Assembly (NCBI GenBank): GCA_900128395.1
Contig: LT649336.1
Span: forward strand, 1-36,528
Direction: 5' to 3'
DNA from: Stramenopiles sp. TOSAG23-2
Taxonomy: Eukaryota
DNA length: 36,528 nt
Part shown: positions 34,836 to 36,528 of the stretch, piece after piece
How positions within the stretch are numbered: the first letter of the stretch is position 1
Layout: each line of letters begins with the position of its first letter
Position numbers and translations under genes: made by a program
The notes under the pieces: model-generated
The model's database searches: none
What the model was told of the DNA's origin: nothing
What the model saw: the letters and a program-made list of their open reading frames with translations, nothing else

Positions 34836-36528
34836 TACATAAATTATAAATATCGTTTTTGGAATATTGAAACCTATCAACAATTTAGTATAATATTTTT
34901 GTACTAAATAGTGTTAGACAAAGCCGACACTACAAGTGAAAACCACCTATCAAGTAGTGTTACAGCTATAGGGTTACGCGTTTTTTTCAACTTTTAACGG
35001 ATATTCAAATATGAAGTAGATACAAGAATATTGATATATTCAGTAAAATTATTACCAAACATATAAAAATTGATCGTGGATACTTATTTTTCTAAAGTTA
35101 TGTATATATATATGTAAAAAACTACCTTTTCTCATTTTCAAATTTTACATTTTTAGTCCATACTGTGTCCATACTAATTTGGAAAAAAATCACCATTTTG
35201 AAAAAAATTCGTTACCTTGTCAGTTTCATTTAAAACATAATTAGATCAAAATATGTATGCACTTCTTTCCTTTAGGGATGTGTTAAGAGATGTGTCTTAT
35301 TTTGAATCAATTCGTAGAAGATTTAGATAGAAAAAATCGACACATTGTATTTCGGTGATATTTCTGATAATTTTTCAATATTTTGGTGATTTCTTGGTCT
35401 ATAACCCTAAACTAACCCGATCTTGAAAATCACATATCGGTGTAAAGCTCGACTTATACGTGATGTATGGACAGGAGAACGGTCGGGGATTGTTTAGGTG
35501 ATCAGTATATAACTTTTAGGTATTGGTTTCAGCTTTGTATATAATGGGAAAGTATAGAAATGGCATTCGTGTGAGTGTATGTTGGTGTTGAGAAATAGAG
35601 TGAGAGGTCCCGTCATGTACGGGTATGACCCCACAATGCTAAGTAGTGCTAGCATCTCTAACCCTAACGTAAATGATCAAAATGCACGATATTTTTAGTA
35701 AACATGGTTTTACTGTTAAACTCCCCAGACCACGACCTACAGACATTATATACGTAATAAATAACGGATATGCAACGTTTCAAAGTCTAATTTTAATATC
35801 TTCAATGAAAGTTTTCAACCTTTCATGATTTTCACCATTTACATGGAAAAGTGCTCTAATACTAACTCCATGCTAACGTACGATTTAAAAAAAAAATTCA
35901 GCACTTTTCTTTAAAAACATAATTATACACGTAAACTCCCAGAGAAAAGTTAAATATATCACCTACGATATAGAATCTACGACATTTTATCAAAATTTTT
36001 TATGTTTTGTGTTAAAAAGGTAGATTTCTAGCTCCATTTAGAATTGTTGTGATTCAAAATCGATTTGGATTTCTAGGCCTTTTTCAGGCACATGGGAATC
36101 CATTACAAAATAGGGTATAGTCAACACAATATATCTCGAGTCAATGAAAATATTAATACAAAAGTAGTACGAGATCTCATTTTTACATATAAAGAGCCAA
36201 ACTTAAGAGTAAGTTGATGACAACTGAGTGCCAGGAACATACTTTACTAATGACGTTTCAATTGCATGTCAAAGTACCCTTACTATGGAATAGGCTTGTA
36301 AAACCTTAATAAAAGTGTCCAAAAATATGCATTTTTTAGTGAAAATTCACTTTGGGTCTAGCGTTTCATGTAAATGTAATATTTATTTTGGTTGGAGTTT
36401 AGAGATACAAGTTATATATATAAAGAAAGGATGTCGAAGTTTATATGACTTCAAAATGTTGGAAATGATGTTTGGAGACGAAATGCAAATTCGATATATC
36501 TGATGAAATTTCTCAATTTTCGTACCCA

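Noticed and set aside
35658-35668. CTAACCCTAAC as an alternative telomerase template
   Set aside because: I found no boundary hairpin, enclosing helix or C/D ends around it, and a T5 run follows within ~30 nt; treated as an interstitial telomere-like motif.

Overview
AT-rich, gene-dense, intron-poor eukaryotic (protist-like, probably flagellated; a stramenopile is a guess) nuclear DNA. It holds 13 protein-coding genes, mostly in head-to-head pairs: a 4-TM protein, a CDKL5/LF5-like kinase, three hypothetical proteins, a ZIFL-like MFS transporter, a class I methyltransferase, PRP38 with a Tudor-like domain, CCDC86/Cgr1, DNA-PKcs (two exons, ~4056 aa), NSE3/MAGE, a sphingosine-1-phosphate lyase homolog ending in -SKL, and a TPR protein. 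A ~2.3 kb tract with no convincing ORF ends the window. The standout is the single 516-nt intron of DNA-PKcs. It contains a ~372-nt structured, sense-strand box C/D RNA (22735->22364) with a telomere-template sequence (UAACCCUAAC), an adjacent boundary hairpin, a core-enclosing helix, a possible U/A-rich pseudoknot and a 3' multibranch domain. This is a candidate intron-encoded, box C/D telomerase RNA. All calls come from reading the sequence and pairing by hand; no searches or folding programs were run.
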